NCBI GenBank assembly: GCA_036504035.1
Contig: DASXVV010000011.1
Coordinates: 9,611-73,610 of the forward strand
DNA: 64,000 nt
DNA from: Candidatus Deferrimicrobiaceae bacterium
GTDB taxonomy: Bacteria; Desulfobacterota; Deferrimicrobia; Deferrimicrobiales; Deferrimicrobiaceae
Direction: 5' to 3'
The position numbers and the translations under genes were made by a program. A model generated the notes under the pieces. The model saw nothing but the letters and a program-made list of their open reading frames with translations. It did no database searches and was not told the DNA's origin. Below are positions 36,923 through 45,445 of this stretch, piece by piece; the first letter of the stretch is position 1, and the number at the start of each line of letters is the position of its first letter.

Positions 36923-38047
36923 ATGATTCCACGAGCCCTGTCGCTCGACCGGTTGGTCCGCCCCGGGAAAGTGCTGGTCATCTACGGCCCCCGGCAGGCC
37001 GGGAAAACCACGCTTCTGAATGCGTGGCTGGATTCCTGCGGCCTGCGCTATCGCCTGGAAACCGGCGACGACATCCGCCTCCGCCACCTGCTGGGCTCCT
37101 CCGACATGGAACAGATCCTCGGCTTCGCGGAGGGATACGACCTGCTGGCGATCGACGAGGCGCAGCAAGTGCCCGAGATCGGCACGGGGCTGAAGATCCT
37201 CGTGGATCACAACCCGGGCCTGAGAATCATCGCCAACGGGTCGTCCTCCTTCGATCTGGCCCACGCGGTCGGCGAACCGCTGACGGGCCGCAAGAAAACC
37301 GTCACGCTTTTTCCGATCTGCCAGATAGAGCTGCTCAAGCAGCACAACGCCCACGACCTGCGGGAACGGCTCGCGGAGTTTCTCGTTTTCGGCAGCTATC
37401 CCGAAGTGGTGACGACCACCGGCAAAAAAGGGAAAGCGGCCCTGCTTGACGAACTTGCCGGTTCTTACCTGCTCAAGGATGTGCTCGCGCTGGAACGAAT
37501 CCGCGAATCGCGGTCGCTGGTCGACCTGCTCAAGCTGGTCGCGTTCCAGGTCGGAAGCGAAGTCTCGCTCAGCGAATTGGCAACCCAGGTTCGCTTGGAC
37601 GTCAAGACCGTCGGCCGGTACCTCGACATCCTCGAGAAGGCGTTCGTCATCGTGCGTGTCGGGGGTTTCAGCCGGAACCTGCGGACCGAGATCGTCTCGA
37701 AGGCCAAATATTATTTTCTCGACAACGGCATTCGCAACGCCGTCATCGGCCAATACAATCCGCTCGATTCACGCAACGACATCGGCGCTCTGTGGGAAAA
37801 CTTCATCGTCTCCGAACGCATGAAAAAAAGGGCCTATGCCGGAATCCATGGCACCTTCCATTTCTGGCGAACGTATGGCGGACAAGAGGTCGATTACGTG
37901 GAGGAACGCGACGGCGGCCTTTTCGGTTACGAGTGCAAGTGGTCTTCGAACAAGCGCATCAAGGCGCCTTCCGCCTGGGCGGACGCCTATCCGGATGCGA
38001 CCTTCGAGACGATCACGCCCATAAATTACCTGTCGTTCGTGGGCTAA
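36923..38047 (+). CDS. AAA+ ATPase with C-terminal DUF4143 (AAA_14/DUF4143 family), copy A
   Basis: Walker A GPRQAGKTTLL. Overall collinear with 51272-52438 and 52549-53718. An AT-rich promoter-like region (36811-36905) lies upstream. Confidence 0.65.
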   Translation: MIPRALSLDRLVRPGKVLVIYGPRQAGKTTLLNAWLDSCGLRYRLETGDDIRLRHLLGSSDMEQILGFAEGYDLLAIDEAQQVPEIGTGLKILVDHNPGLRIIANGSSSFDLAHAVGEPLTGRKKTVTLFPICQIELLKQHNAHDLRERLAEFLVFGSYPEVVTTTGKKGKAALLDELAGSYLLKDVLALERIRESRSLVDLLKLVAFQVGSEVSLSELATQVRLDVKTVGRYLDILEKAFVIVRVGGFSRNLRTEIVSKAKYYFLDNGIRNAVIGQYNPLDSRNDIGALWENFIVSERMKKRAYAGIHGTFHFWRTYGGQEVDYVEERDGGLFGYECKWSSNKRIKAPSAWADAYPDATFETITPINYLSFVG

Positions 38048-38086
38048 CCCGCGGCACAAATCTCCTATGGCAGATATTCCGTCAAG

Positions 38087-38216
38087 GCGTGAAACAAAAT
38101 ACATGGCACGGAGAATCTCCCGGAACGGTCCTGACCGGCACCCGCCAGGTCGGGAAAAGCACGCTCCTTCGGCGCGAGTTTCCCGAATTGACCTACCGGT
38201 CGCTCCATTCGGGGAA
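38087..38216 (+). pseudogene. 5' remnant of a fourth AAA/DUF4143 ATPase gene, truncated where it meets the HepT/MntA module
   Basis: VKQNTWHGESPGTVLTGTRQVGKSTLLRREFPELTYRSL matches the N-terminal P-loop region of the DUF4143 paralogs, but the frame then runs into antisense of the HepT gene. Confidence 0.45.
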
Positions 38217-38636
38217 TCAGTCCGGTAAGTGTTTCAGGATGGCCCCTCGAAATTCCCCGAAATCGCCGAGATGCTTTCTCAGGACCAGCACCACGATCTC
38301 TGCATCCACACTTTCGTACTGGTGGACGACGATGTTCCGGAATTTCGCCATCTTTTCCATCACAGAAGAAAGGTCCGGGGAAATCACCCCGTTTTCGGAA
38401 AGGACCCGGAAGGTATCTGCATAACCGGTCGGAACGCGCATGCATTCGTCGGAAATGACGTGATTGGCTATATCGGCGCAGGTTTCAATCATCATCTGCA
38501 ACGTTCTTTCGACGATGCGCTGAACTTTCCAGTCGGCTCGGTATGCGCCGACCTCGATCGTCGAATATTCGCCCATTTCGACGATGTAGCGATCTAGTTC
38601 GGCAACTTTTCTGAGAATCAGATATTTATCGACCAA
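38217..38636 (-). CDS. hepT: HepT-like (DUF86/HEPN) RNase toxin
   Basis: 139-aa ORF with the Rx4HxY motif (RNIVVHQY). It overlaps the upstream MntA-like gene by 11 nt. Confidence 0.65.
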   Translation of the reverse strand: MVDKYLILRKVAELDRYIVEMGEYSTIEVGAYRADWKVQRIVERTLQMMIETCADIANHVISDECMRVPTGYADTFRVLSENGVISPDLSSVMEKMAKFRNIVVHQYESVDAEIVVLVLRKHLGDFGEFRGAILKHLPD

Positions 38637-39018
38637 GCCCGTACCTCAGCGATAGGAGTGTTTCTTCCTTTTTCCGAAAATCGAAAAACTGCCGCAACAT
38701 GGACGATTCGAATCGATGCCGGATGAACGGATGCTTGTCCACAAGCAACCTCCGGTTTTGAAGTACCCTTCCCGTGATGCTGACCGAGGATACGTTGAGG
38801 ACGACGAGATCGATCTCGGAAGTCCCGAGAACATCGCTGATCTTCGAGAACAGGTCCAGTTTGGTCTGTGCGATGGATTCGGTATCGGACAGATAAACCG
38901 CAAGATCGATGTCGGAAACCGGCTTGACCGGTCCGGTCGCACACCCTCCGAACAGATAGGCAAAAATGACCAGCGGATCACCCTGGAACATCCCGCAAAG
39001 CGCGGGCAGGCGATCCAT
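38626..39018 (-). CDS. mntA: MntA-like minimal nucleotidyltransferase antitoxin
   Basis: Start at MDRLPALCGMF. The GSx9-10DxD nucleotidyltransferase motif is FGGCATGPVKPVSDIDLAV. The longer 158-aa ORF has an artefactual N-terminus. Confidence 0.6.
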   Translation of the reverse strand: MDRLPALCGMFQGDPLVIFAYLFGGCATGPVKPVSDIDLAVYLSDTESIAQTKLDLFSKISDVLGTSEIDLVVLNVSSVSITGRVLQNRRLLVDKHPFIRHRFESSMLRQFFDFRKKEETLLSLRYGLGR

Positions 39019-39118
39019 GATTCCCACTGGCAATTTATCGAATTTGTACAATGCCCCCCCGGAACAGGAAGTCCTGACGGGCAGTTTACACCCAATCCAC
39101 AACGGAAGGAGTGCCTCC

Positions 39119-39163
39119 AGGCAACAACCTCGCGGGCTCCGGCTGGACCGCCCTGCTGGGGCT
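39119..39163 (+). repeat. Degenerate copy 1 of the wzx 5'-end segment
   Basis: aacctcgcgggctccggctggaccgccctgctggggctg versus aacctcgcgggatcgggctggaccgccctgctcggtctg in wzx (about 90% over 39 bp). In frame it encodes NNLAGSGWTALLGL. Confidence 0.5.
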
Positions 39164-39376
39164 GATCGGGGTCACCGCCAACCTTCCCGTAGGGTCCAGG
39201 CCCCATCCCTCGCAATAATCCACCCATGGGAGCACTTTCCGAAGACAGGAGCCATGTCATGCTGCCGAAAGACATCATTCTGGCGTCTCTGGAAGAGTTC
39301 GAGTTTTATCGGAAGGAAGCCGGCTCGGCATTTGGTGGTATACTACGTTGTAGCCACAAACGTGCCGGAGGTTTAC

Positions 39377-39706
39377 ATGTCCGAATCCGTAATCCGATCC
39401 CGCATCGACTCTGCCTTAAAGCTGGAAGCCCAATCGCTCCTCTCCAAATTCGGGCTGTCCATGAGCGACGCCATCCGGCTTTTCCTGCACCAGGTCGTCA
39501 TGGAAAAAGGGCTTCCCTTTGCCGTCCGGCTTCCCGAGGAAGCGGCAAAAGAGCACGACCGCTGGTTCCGGCTGCAGGTCGAGGAGGCCTTGAAGAAAGC
39601 CGACAACCCGAAAGCAGACTTCGCACCACACGATTCCGTCCATGCCCGTTGGAACCGGAAGCGAAAGGAATTGCAATCCCGCGTCGGCAAGGCCGACAAG
39701 GGATGA
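39377..39706 (+). CDS. RelB/DinJ-family antitoxin
   Basis: MSESVIRSRIDSALKLEAQSLLSKFGLSMSDAIRLFLHQVV is a DinJ/RelB-type ribbon-helix-helix N-terminus. The stop overlaps the toxin start (ATGA). Confidence 0.6.
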   Translation: MSESVIRSRIDSALKLEAQSLLSKFGLSMSDAIRLFLHQVVMEKGLPFAVRLPEEAAKEHDRWFRLQVEEALKKADNPKADFAPHDSVHARWNRKRKELQSRVGKADKG

Positions 39707-39954
39707 TCGTCGAGTGGTTGTCCGACGCACTCCAGGATTTCGATTCGATCGTGGAATATATCGCTGCCGACAATCCGGCAGCAGCTATCGAACAAGGTGA
39801 TGCCATCGAACAACAGGTCGGGCATCTGGGTTCCTATCCCCGAAGCGGACGCGTCGGCCGAACACCTTATCTTGCCGTCTATCGCATCCGGAAGGATCGG
39901 GTCCAGATCCTGCGGATTCTCCACGGGGCACAACTGCGGCCAAAAACATTTTGA
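39703..39954 (+). CDS. RelE/ParE-family toxin
   Basis: 83-aa ORF (MIVEWLSDALQDFDSIVEYIAADNPAAA...RIRKDRVQILRILHGAQ), the ParE-like size and pattern. Confidence 0.6.
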   Translation: MIVEWLSDALQDFDSIVEYIAADNPAAAIEQGDAIEQQVGHLGSYPRSGRVGRTPYLAVYRIRKDRVQILRILHGAQLRPKTF

Positions 39955-39967
39955 CCCAGCCGAACCC

Positions 39968-40102
39968 GTCCACCCCATGAGCCGGGTCAAGAAGAACTTC
40001 ATCGCCAACCTCGCGGGATCGGGCTGGACCGCCCTGCTCGGGCCGGCCTGCACGCCGCTCTACTTTGACGATTATTTGCCGGATTTCCGGGTCTGTTCGT
40101 AA
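39968..40102 (+). pseudogene. Duplicated 5' fragment of wzx (direct-repeat copy 2 at 39968-40063, then divergent sequence)
   Basis: 39971-40063 is about 98% identical to 40456-40548. It encodes MSRVKKNFIANLAGSGWTALLGPACTPLY, identical to the Wzx N-terminus, then diverges and stops. Confidence 0.6.
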
Positions 40103-40114
40103 TAAACTATCCCC

Positions 40115-40387
40115 ATGGGGCGAATCGAAGACATTCTCGGAGACGCCGTTGCACGTATCCGTAGCGTTTGCGACCCGCAAAAGATCATCCTTTTCGGTTC
40201 CCAGTCCGCAGGGGTACCAACGGGAGACAGCGATATCGACCTGATGGTCATATTGCCGACCGACGAGTTGCCACACCGGCGTTCCCTCCCGATTCGCAAA
40301 GCCTTGCGCGGGATATCCCTACCCAAGGACATCATTGTCAAGACCCCTGCCGCCCACTTCGGCACGATTCTCTATGAACGACCTTAA
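40115..40387 (+). CDS. Orphan minimal nucleotidyltransferase (MntA-like) with no adjacent HEPN partner
   Basis: FGSQSAGVPTGDSDIDLMV is a GSx9DxD motif. 90-aa ORF between wzx repeat copies 2 and 3. Confidence 0.55.
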   Translation: MGRIEDILGDAVARIRSVCDPQKIILFGSQSAGVPTGDSDIDLMVILPTDELPHRRSLPIRKALRGISLPKDIIVKTPAAHFGTILYERP

Positions 40388-40446
40388 AAGGGATTCGATT
40401 CGACGCTGGGTTCCGGCAATAACTCCTGCAATTCCTTGATGTCTAC

Positions 40447-40548
40447 GTCCACCTCCACCCCATGAGCCGGGTCAAGAAGAACTTCATCGCCAACCTCGCG
40501 GGATCGGGCTGGACCGCCCTGCTCGGTCTGGCCTGCACGCCGCTCTAC
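40447..40548 (+). repeat. Direct-repeat copy 3, the authentic wzx 5' end
   Basis: Matches 39968-40063 with a 6-nt indel and 2 mismatches over the 93-bp core. Confidence 0.6.
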
Positions 40549-41964
40549 ATCAAGTTCCTGGGGATGGAAGCGTACGGGCTGATCGGTTTCTACCTCACGA
40601 TGAACGGGGTGATCCAGATCCTCGACCTGGGCCTCAGCCCCACCATGACGCGGGAGATGGCGCGCTACTCCGCCCTGCCCGAGAAGGCCGGCGAAGCGCG
40701 CGACTTCGTCCGAACGCTCGAGATCGGCTACTGGGCGATCGGCCTCCTGATCGGCGCGGTGGTATATTTCGCCGCCCCCCTCATCGCCACCCACTGGATC
40801 AAGCCGGGGCGGCTGACGCCCGACGAGGTCCTCCACGCCATCCGGATCATGGGCGCCCTCGCGGCGCTGCAATGGCCCTTCAGCTTCTACCAGGGGGGGT
40901 TGATCGGGCTGCAACGGCAGGTGCTCCTGAACGGCCTCTCAATCGCGATGGCAACGCTGTCCAGCGTCGGCGCCGTGCTCATCCTGTGGCGCGTCTCGCC
41001 GACCGTTTCCGCCTTCTTCACCTGGCAGATCGCGGTGTGGTGCCTCCAGGTTGTCCTGATCACCGTGGCCTTGTGGCGCTGCCTGCCCGCAACGGAACGG
41101 CCAGCACGCATCACGCCCGCCCTTGTCCGCAACGTCTGGCAGTTCGCAGCCGGAATGAGCGGTATCACTCTGTCAGCGCTCATCTTGACGCAAATCGACA
41201 AAGTCATCCTGAGCAAGCTGCTCGACCTGACGACGTTTGGCTACTACATGCTTGCGAGCGTGATCACGACCGGAATTTCCTCGGTCCTGATCACGCCGAT
41301 GTTCAACACCGTCTTCCCCCGCTTCTCGGCGCTCGTGGCCGAGAAGGACGAAAAAGGTCTGACCGACATGTACCACGGCTCGACTCAGGTCATGGCCGTC
41401 TTGATTCTGCCCGTTGCGGCGGTTCTTTGCCTCTTTTCGCACGAGGTCATGATGCTTTGGACGCAGAACACGGAAGTGGCACGCAATACGGCCCCCATCG
41501 TCACCATCCTGGTCATCGGTACTGCTCTAAATGGACTAATGAATCTTCCCTATGCGCTCCAACTCGCACACGGATGGACCAAGATAGGCCTGCAGATCAA
41601 CACGGTCTTTATTTTCACGCTGGTTCCGACTATCCTTTTCCTGGCAACCAGATACGGGGCAGTGGGTGCGGCAGCGGTCTGGGTCTTATTGAATGGCACA
41701 TATATGGCCGTCGGCGTCCCATTGACTCATCGCCGACTCCTCCAAGGTGAGGCAGGAAGGTGGTTTTTACGCGATGTCGGCCTTCCCTTGACCGGTTCCT
41801 TGCTGGTGGTCCTGATCGGGAAGCAAGTACTCGATATCCCCCCGGCGCCGATCCCTGCAATCCTTTCCCTGGGGGCTCTTCTTCTTCTCGCCTTCACCGT
41901 CGCGGCCTTGGCAACTCCGCAATTGCGATATCTGTTGATGAAGCCAAAAGTCCCTGGGGCATAG
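40462..41964 (+). CDS. wzx: Wzx-type oligosaccharide flippase (MOP superfamily)
   Basis: 500-aa protein with about 12 TM helices and a typical Wzx N-terminus (KNFIANLAGSGWTALLGLACTPLYIKFLG). Confidence 0.65.
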   Translation: MSRVKKNFIANLAGSGWTALLGLACTPLYIKFLGMEAYGLIGFYLTMNGVIQILDLGLSPTMTREMARYSALPEKAGEARDFVRTLEIGYWAIGLLIGAVVYFAAPLIATHWIKPGRLTPDEVLHAIRIMGALAALQWPFSFYQGGLIGLQRQVLLNGLSIAMATLSSVGAVLILWRVSPTVSAFFTWQIAVWCLQVVLITVALWRCLPATERPARITPALVRNVWQFAAGMSGITLSALILTQIDKVILSKLLDLTTFGYYMLASVITTGISSVLITPMFNTVFPRFSALVAEKDEKGLTDMYHGSTQVMAVLILPVAAVLCLFSHEVMMLWTQNTEVARNTAPIVTILVIGTALNGLMNLPYALQLAHGWTKIGLQINTVFIFTLVPTILFLATRYGAVGAAAVWVLLNGTYMAVGVPLTHRRLLQGEAGRWFLRDVGLPLTGSLLVVLIGKQVLDIPPAPIPAILSLGALLLLAFTVAALATPQLRYLLMKPKVPGA

Positions 41965-41985
41965 ACACACTTGTGGAGGATTTGA

Positions 41986-42933
41986 TTGAAATCGGTTTAT
42001 GCTTCCATTCCCGAAAAAGCCGCGTCTCGGCCGTTGTGGAAGCGATTGTTGTTTTCCCTGTACGGATGTGCGGCGTCACTGCCCTGCTGGCTCGCGGCGC
42101 ATGCGTTGGGCACCCCCGGACTTGCCTTCCATCGCGATTACTCCATGCTGGGGCTCTCGCTCCTGTTCAACCGGAAGGCGCCCCTCGGCTTCACGGAACT
42201 TCATACGTCGATCTTCGCCCCGGTCATCCTGACGCGCTATTTCGAGTTCGAGTTTGCCTGGCAGTCGCTGGCGGGACATCCAATGGCGAATTATCTCGAT
42301 GTCTCATCCCCCTACGCCTTCCCCCTGTTGCTGACCTGTCGAACGCCTAATTTGCGGACGGAGCTGATCAATCCAAATTCCAGCGATCTTCCTATCACCA
42401 CCCGATTCGTCGATGCGGCCGGAATCCGGAATCGTTGCGGATTACACGATTGCCTCGTCGAGGACGCCCCCTTCCCGTCTGCCTCGTTCGACGCCATCAC
42501 GAGCCTTTCGGTTGTGGAGCACATCCCCGAAGTGCGTCCCGCCATCGAGAAGATGTGGGCGCTCCTTAAGCCGGGCGGTAAACTCGTGCTGACGGTTCCG
42601 TGCGCGAGGGAGGCGTACTCCCTTCACGTCGACCAGAACGAATACGGTCTGCTCGAAACCGACGAACGAGGCTATGTCTTCCTGGAACACATCTTCGACG
42701 ACGAATTATTGAAGCGCGAAATATTTGCCGTCACGGGGGAGCCGGTCCGCAGCGCCATCTATGGCGAAAAGCGCGACGGGTTCCTTCGCCAGGTGTTGCT
42801 GGACCGCTGGTCCGGACAGCCATGGCGCTACTGGCGAGAGCCGATCATGATGGGCAAGGAATTGGGATTCTACGAGCGCATCGGCGACTTGCCTGGTGAA
42901 GGAGTCATCGGGCTGGAATTTATCAAGCGATGA
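41986..42933 (+). CDS. Methyltransferase-domain protein (class I SAM-MTase-like)
   Basis: SFDAITSLSVVEHIPEV...LLKPGGKLVLTVP. A TTG start follows an in-frame TGA. Confidence 0.4.
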   Translation: MKSVYASIPEKAASRPLWKRLLFSLYGCAASLPCWLAAHALGTPGLAFHRDYSMLGLSLLFNRKAPLGFTELHTSIFAPVILTRYFEFEFAWQSLAGHPMANYLDVSSPYAFPLLLTCRTPNLRTELINPNSSDLPITTRFVDAAGIRNRCGLHDCLVEDAPFPSASFDAITSLSVVEHIPEVRPAIEKMWALLKPGGKLVLTVPCAREAYSLHVDQNEYGLLETDERGYVFLEHIFDDELLKREIFAVTGEPVRSAIYGEKRDGFLRQVLLDRWSGQPWRYWREPIMMGKELGFYERIGDLPGEGVIGLEFIKR

Positions 42934-44384
42934 AGATTCTTTTCCTGGCCCACCGGCTGCCCTGGCCCACCAACACGGGCGGCAAGCAGCTTCTCTACAA
43001 CCAGATCAGGCAGCTTTCCGCCTCGCATGACGTCAGCTTGATCTGCTTCAGGCATCCGGATTCCAGCGGGGACGGCGGACTGTCGGACATGTGCCGGATG
43101 ATGAAGGTGCTCGAGATTCCGACCACGAGAAAGGTAGCCCTCAACGCGTTTGCCGGACTGGTCGGAGACGTTCCCTTGATCGTCTCGCTCTATGCCTCGC
43201 GATCCTCCGCAAACATAATCAGACGGCATCTCGAAGAAGACCGGTACGACGTCGTGATATCCCAGATCGAAATGGCCCAATTCATACCGGAATCGTACTC
43301 GGGGCCGAAGATCCTGCTCATGGAAGACCCCGAGCCGTTGAAATTCACTCGAGTAGACAAACGCGGCTGGACGATTCGACAGCGCCTGTGGCGGGGATTC
43401 GAAACCGGAAGGCTTAGCCGATACGAACGGCGTCAATCGCCCCGTTTCGACCGGGTGACGCTGCTTTCGGAAGAGGACGCCCGCGATAACCAGTCTTTCC
43501 TGCCGGATGCGCGGTTGGCCTGCGTCCCCTATGGCACGGACCCGGACTGGTTCAGCCCGTCGGATGCGGTCAAGCGGGTCGAGGGGATGATCGTGATCAG
43601 CGGCAACATGTACCACCCCCATAACGCTGCGGCGGCGCTCCACTTCGCGCGCGACATCTATCCGACGGTGAAGAAGGAAGTCCCCGACGCAACGCTGTGG
43701 ATCGTCGGAGCGAACCCGATCCCCGAGATTCTTAGCTTGGGGAAAACAGAGGGAATCACGGTGACCGGCGCCGTTCCCGAAATCCGGGATTACCTCAGGA
43801 TGGCGCGGGTGAGCATCTGCCCGATTGCACTGAAGATCGGCGTCCAGACCAAGGTGCTGGAGGCCATGGCATGCGGCACGCCGGTCGTGACCACGTCAGC
43901 CGGCAACAGCGGCATCGGCGCCCCTTCCGGGGAAGGGCTATACGTAGCGGACTCCGACGAGGATTTTTCGCGATGGGTCGTGGAACTTTTGAGAGGCAAA
44001 GGATGGGATGACATGTCGGCGCGTGCGCGACGGTTCGTCCTCGATCATTTTTCGTGGGAAATAAGCGCGAACAAAATGGAAAAACTGATCGCCGATATCA
44101 TGAAAGGCAAACGCATGAACATTATCCCCCCCCCCCCGGCGGTATTCCGTAACGAATATCCGCTCGTCAACCTGCTGGTCGTAAATATATACGTCCACGA
44201 AAACCGCGTTACCGAAAACAACCAGAACATCGGTCAACTCGGCGCCAAACTCTACGTCGTTCCGAAACCAAACGTCCTTCTCGGCCGCTTTGTGTCGTGG
44301 ACATCCCAGTCCATGCTCTTGAAATCCGCAGTCAAGACCAATGAAGACTTCCGCGCGTTTCTCGGACGGCCGGCAACCGTATGA
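42930..44384 (+). CDS. GT4 glycosyltransferase (GT-B fold); the 3' end is suspect after a poly-C tract
   Basis: MKILFLAHRLPWPTNTGGKQ... EAMACGTPVVTT. After ...IMKGKRMN, a C12 run (44126-44137) is followed by an 80-aa low-GC tail that does not look like a GT4 C-terminus. Confidence 0.6.
   Translation: MKILFLAHRLPWPTNTGGKQLLYNQIRQLSASHDVSLICFRHPDSSGDGGLSDMCRMMKVLEIPTTRKVALNAFAGLVGDVPLIVSLYASRSSANIIRRHLEEDRYDVVISQIEMAQFIPESYSGPKILLMEDPEPLKFTRVDKRGWTIRQRLWRGFETGRLSRYERRQSPRFDRVTLLSEEDARDNQSFLPDARLACVPYGTDPDWFSPSDAVKRVEGMIVISGNMYHPHNAAAALHFARDIYPTVKKEVPDATLWIVGANPIPEILSLGKTEGITVTGAVPEIRDYLRMARVSICPIALKIGVQTKVLEAMACGTPVVTTSAGNSGIGAPSGEGLYVADSDEDFSRWVVELLRGKGWDDMSARARRFVLDHFSWEISANKMEKLIADIMKGKRMNIIPPPPAVFRNEYPLVNLLVVNIYVHENRVTENNQNIGQLGAKLYVVPKPNVLLGRFVSWTSQSMLLKSAVKTNEDFRAFLGRPATV
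44126..44137 (+). repeat. Homopolymeric C12 tract inside the 3' end of the GT4 gene
   Basis: Twelve consecutive C. With 11 C the ORF ends about 20 codons later; with 13 C it ends after 9 codons (PPPPGGIP stop). Confidence 0.8.
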
Positions 44385-45394
44385 ATCCTCGTACACCGCC
44401 CATGCTGTCCATCTGCATCTCCACCTTCAACCGGGCCGCCTTCATCGCGGAGACGCTGGAATGCATCCTTTCCCAATCCCCCGACAACGTCGAAATATTG
44501 ATCGTTGATGGTGCGTCGACCGACAACACCGAATCGGTGATTCGCCCCTTCCTGAGCCGACATCCGCAAATCCGGTATCAGCGGCAGGAAAAGAACCAGG
44601 GAATTGACCGCGACTTCGATGCTGCGGTCGTATTGGCTCGCGGAAAATACTGTTGGCTGTTTTCGGATGACGATTTGCTAAAACCCGGCACGGTCGACCT
44701 TGTATTGCAAAAACTTTCCTCGGGCACCGACCTGCTCATCCTGAACGCCGAGATAAGAAACGCCGACTTGCGCGAAACGATCCGGGAGCGCAGCTTGCGG
44801 ATGACCAGTGACCGCTTCTACTCCCCTGAAGAAACAGATACGCTGATGGCTGAAACTGCAGACTATCTTTCGTTCATTGGCTGCGTGATCGTCCGGAGAA
44901 GTCTCTGGCTTGAACGGGAGCGGGAACGCTACTATGGGTCGTTTTTCATCCACGTTGGCGTCATCTTTCAGGAGCGTCTGGCAAATGGTGCCCTGGTCAT
45001 CGCCGCCCCTATGATCATTATTCGGTACGGAAACGCAACCTGGACATCCCGTGCTTTCGAAATCCTCCACTTCAAATGGCCCGAACTCATCTGGTCTTTC
45101 TCGGGGATATCCGAGCAAGCCAAGTCCGCCGTGTGCCCAAAATATCCGTGGAGAAGCGTACGCCGCCTCATGTTCGACCGTGCCAAAGGGATGTACTCCA
45201 TAGCGGAATATCGGAAACTTATTGCGAGCCGTTGCAACTCGATTTCAGAACGATTGCTCTTCTCCGTCATCTCGCTCTTGCCGGGAATGTTGCTGAACCT
45301 CGTGCTATTTGGCTATTTCCGAATGCGCTACACAGACCCAAGATTTGCCGTCTTCGAACTTAAAAATAGCCGTTTTTACTTCCGTAAAAGTTAA
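44381..45394 (+). CDS. GT2 glycosyltransferase (GT-A fold)
   Basis: LSICISTFNRAAFIAETLECILSQ...ILIVDGASTDNT...FSDDDD-like motifs. The ATG overlaps the GT4 stop. Confidence 0.65.
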   Translation: MNPRTPPMLSICISTFNRAAFIAETLECILSQSPDNVEILIVDGASTDNTESVIRPFLSRHPQIRYQRQEKNQGIDRDFDAAVVLARGKYCWLFSDDDLLKPGTVDLVLQKLSSGTDLLILNAEIRNADLRETIRERSLRMTSDRFYSPEETDTLMAETADYLSFIGCVIVRRSLWLERERERYYGSFFIHVGVIFQERLANGALVIAAPMIIIRYGNATWTSRAFEILHFKWPELIWSFSGISEQAKSAVCPKYPWRSVRRLMFDRAKGMYSIAEYRKLIASRCNSISERLLFSVISLLPGMLLNLVLFGYFRMRYTDPRFAVFELKNSRFYFRKS

Positions 45395-45445
45395 CTGCAG
45401 GCATTTCGCAGAAAACCAAGCGCGTTCCATTCAATTTCCGCCCCG

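Noticed and set aside
37792-38424. 210-aa plus-strand ORF spanning the end of the DUF4143 gene and the HepT region
   Set aside because: It is not a real gene as a whole. Only its central part (38087-38216) is meaningful, as a DUF4143 N-terminal remnant. The rest is antisense of hepT.
38646-39278. 210-aa minus-strand ORF overlapping MntA
   Set aside because: Alternative frame. The MntA frame carries the GSx9DxD motif and couples to HepT.
39119-40548. Interpretation of the wzx-end repeats as integron attC sites, or of the region as a CRISPR array
   Set aside because: The repeats are coding sequence of wzx, about 100 bp long and only three in number. They have no attC-like imperfect palindromes and no regular short spacers, and no integrase is visible. 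They are best described as target duplications or recombination junctions.
43938-44396. 152-aa minus-strand ORF across the GT4 tail and GT2 start
   Set aside because: No motifs and antisense to better-supported genes. Probably spurious, although the low-GC spacer 44150-44380 itself remains unexplained.
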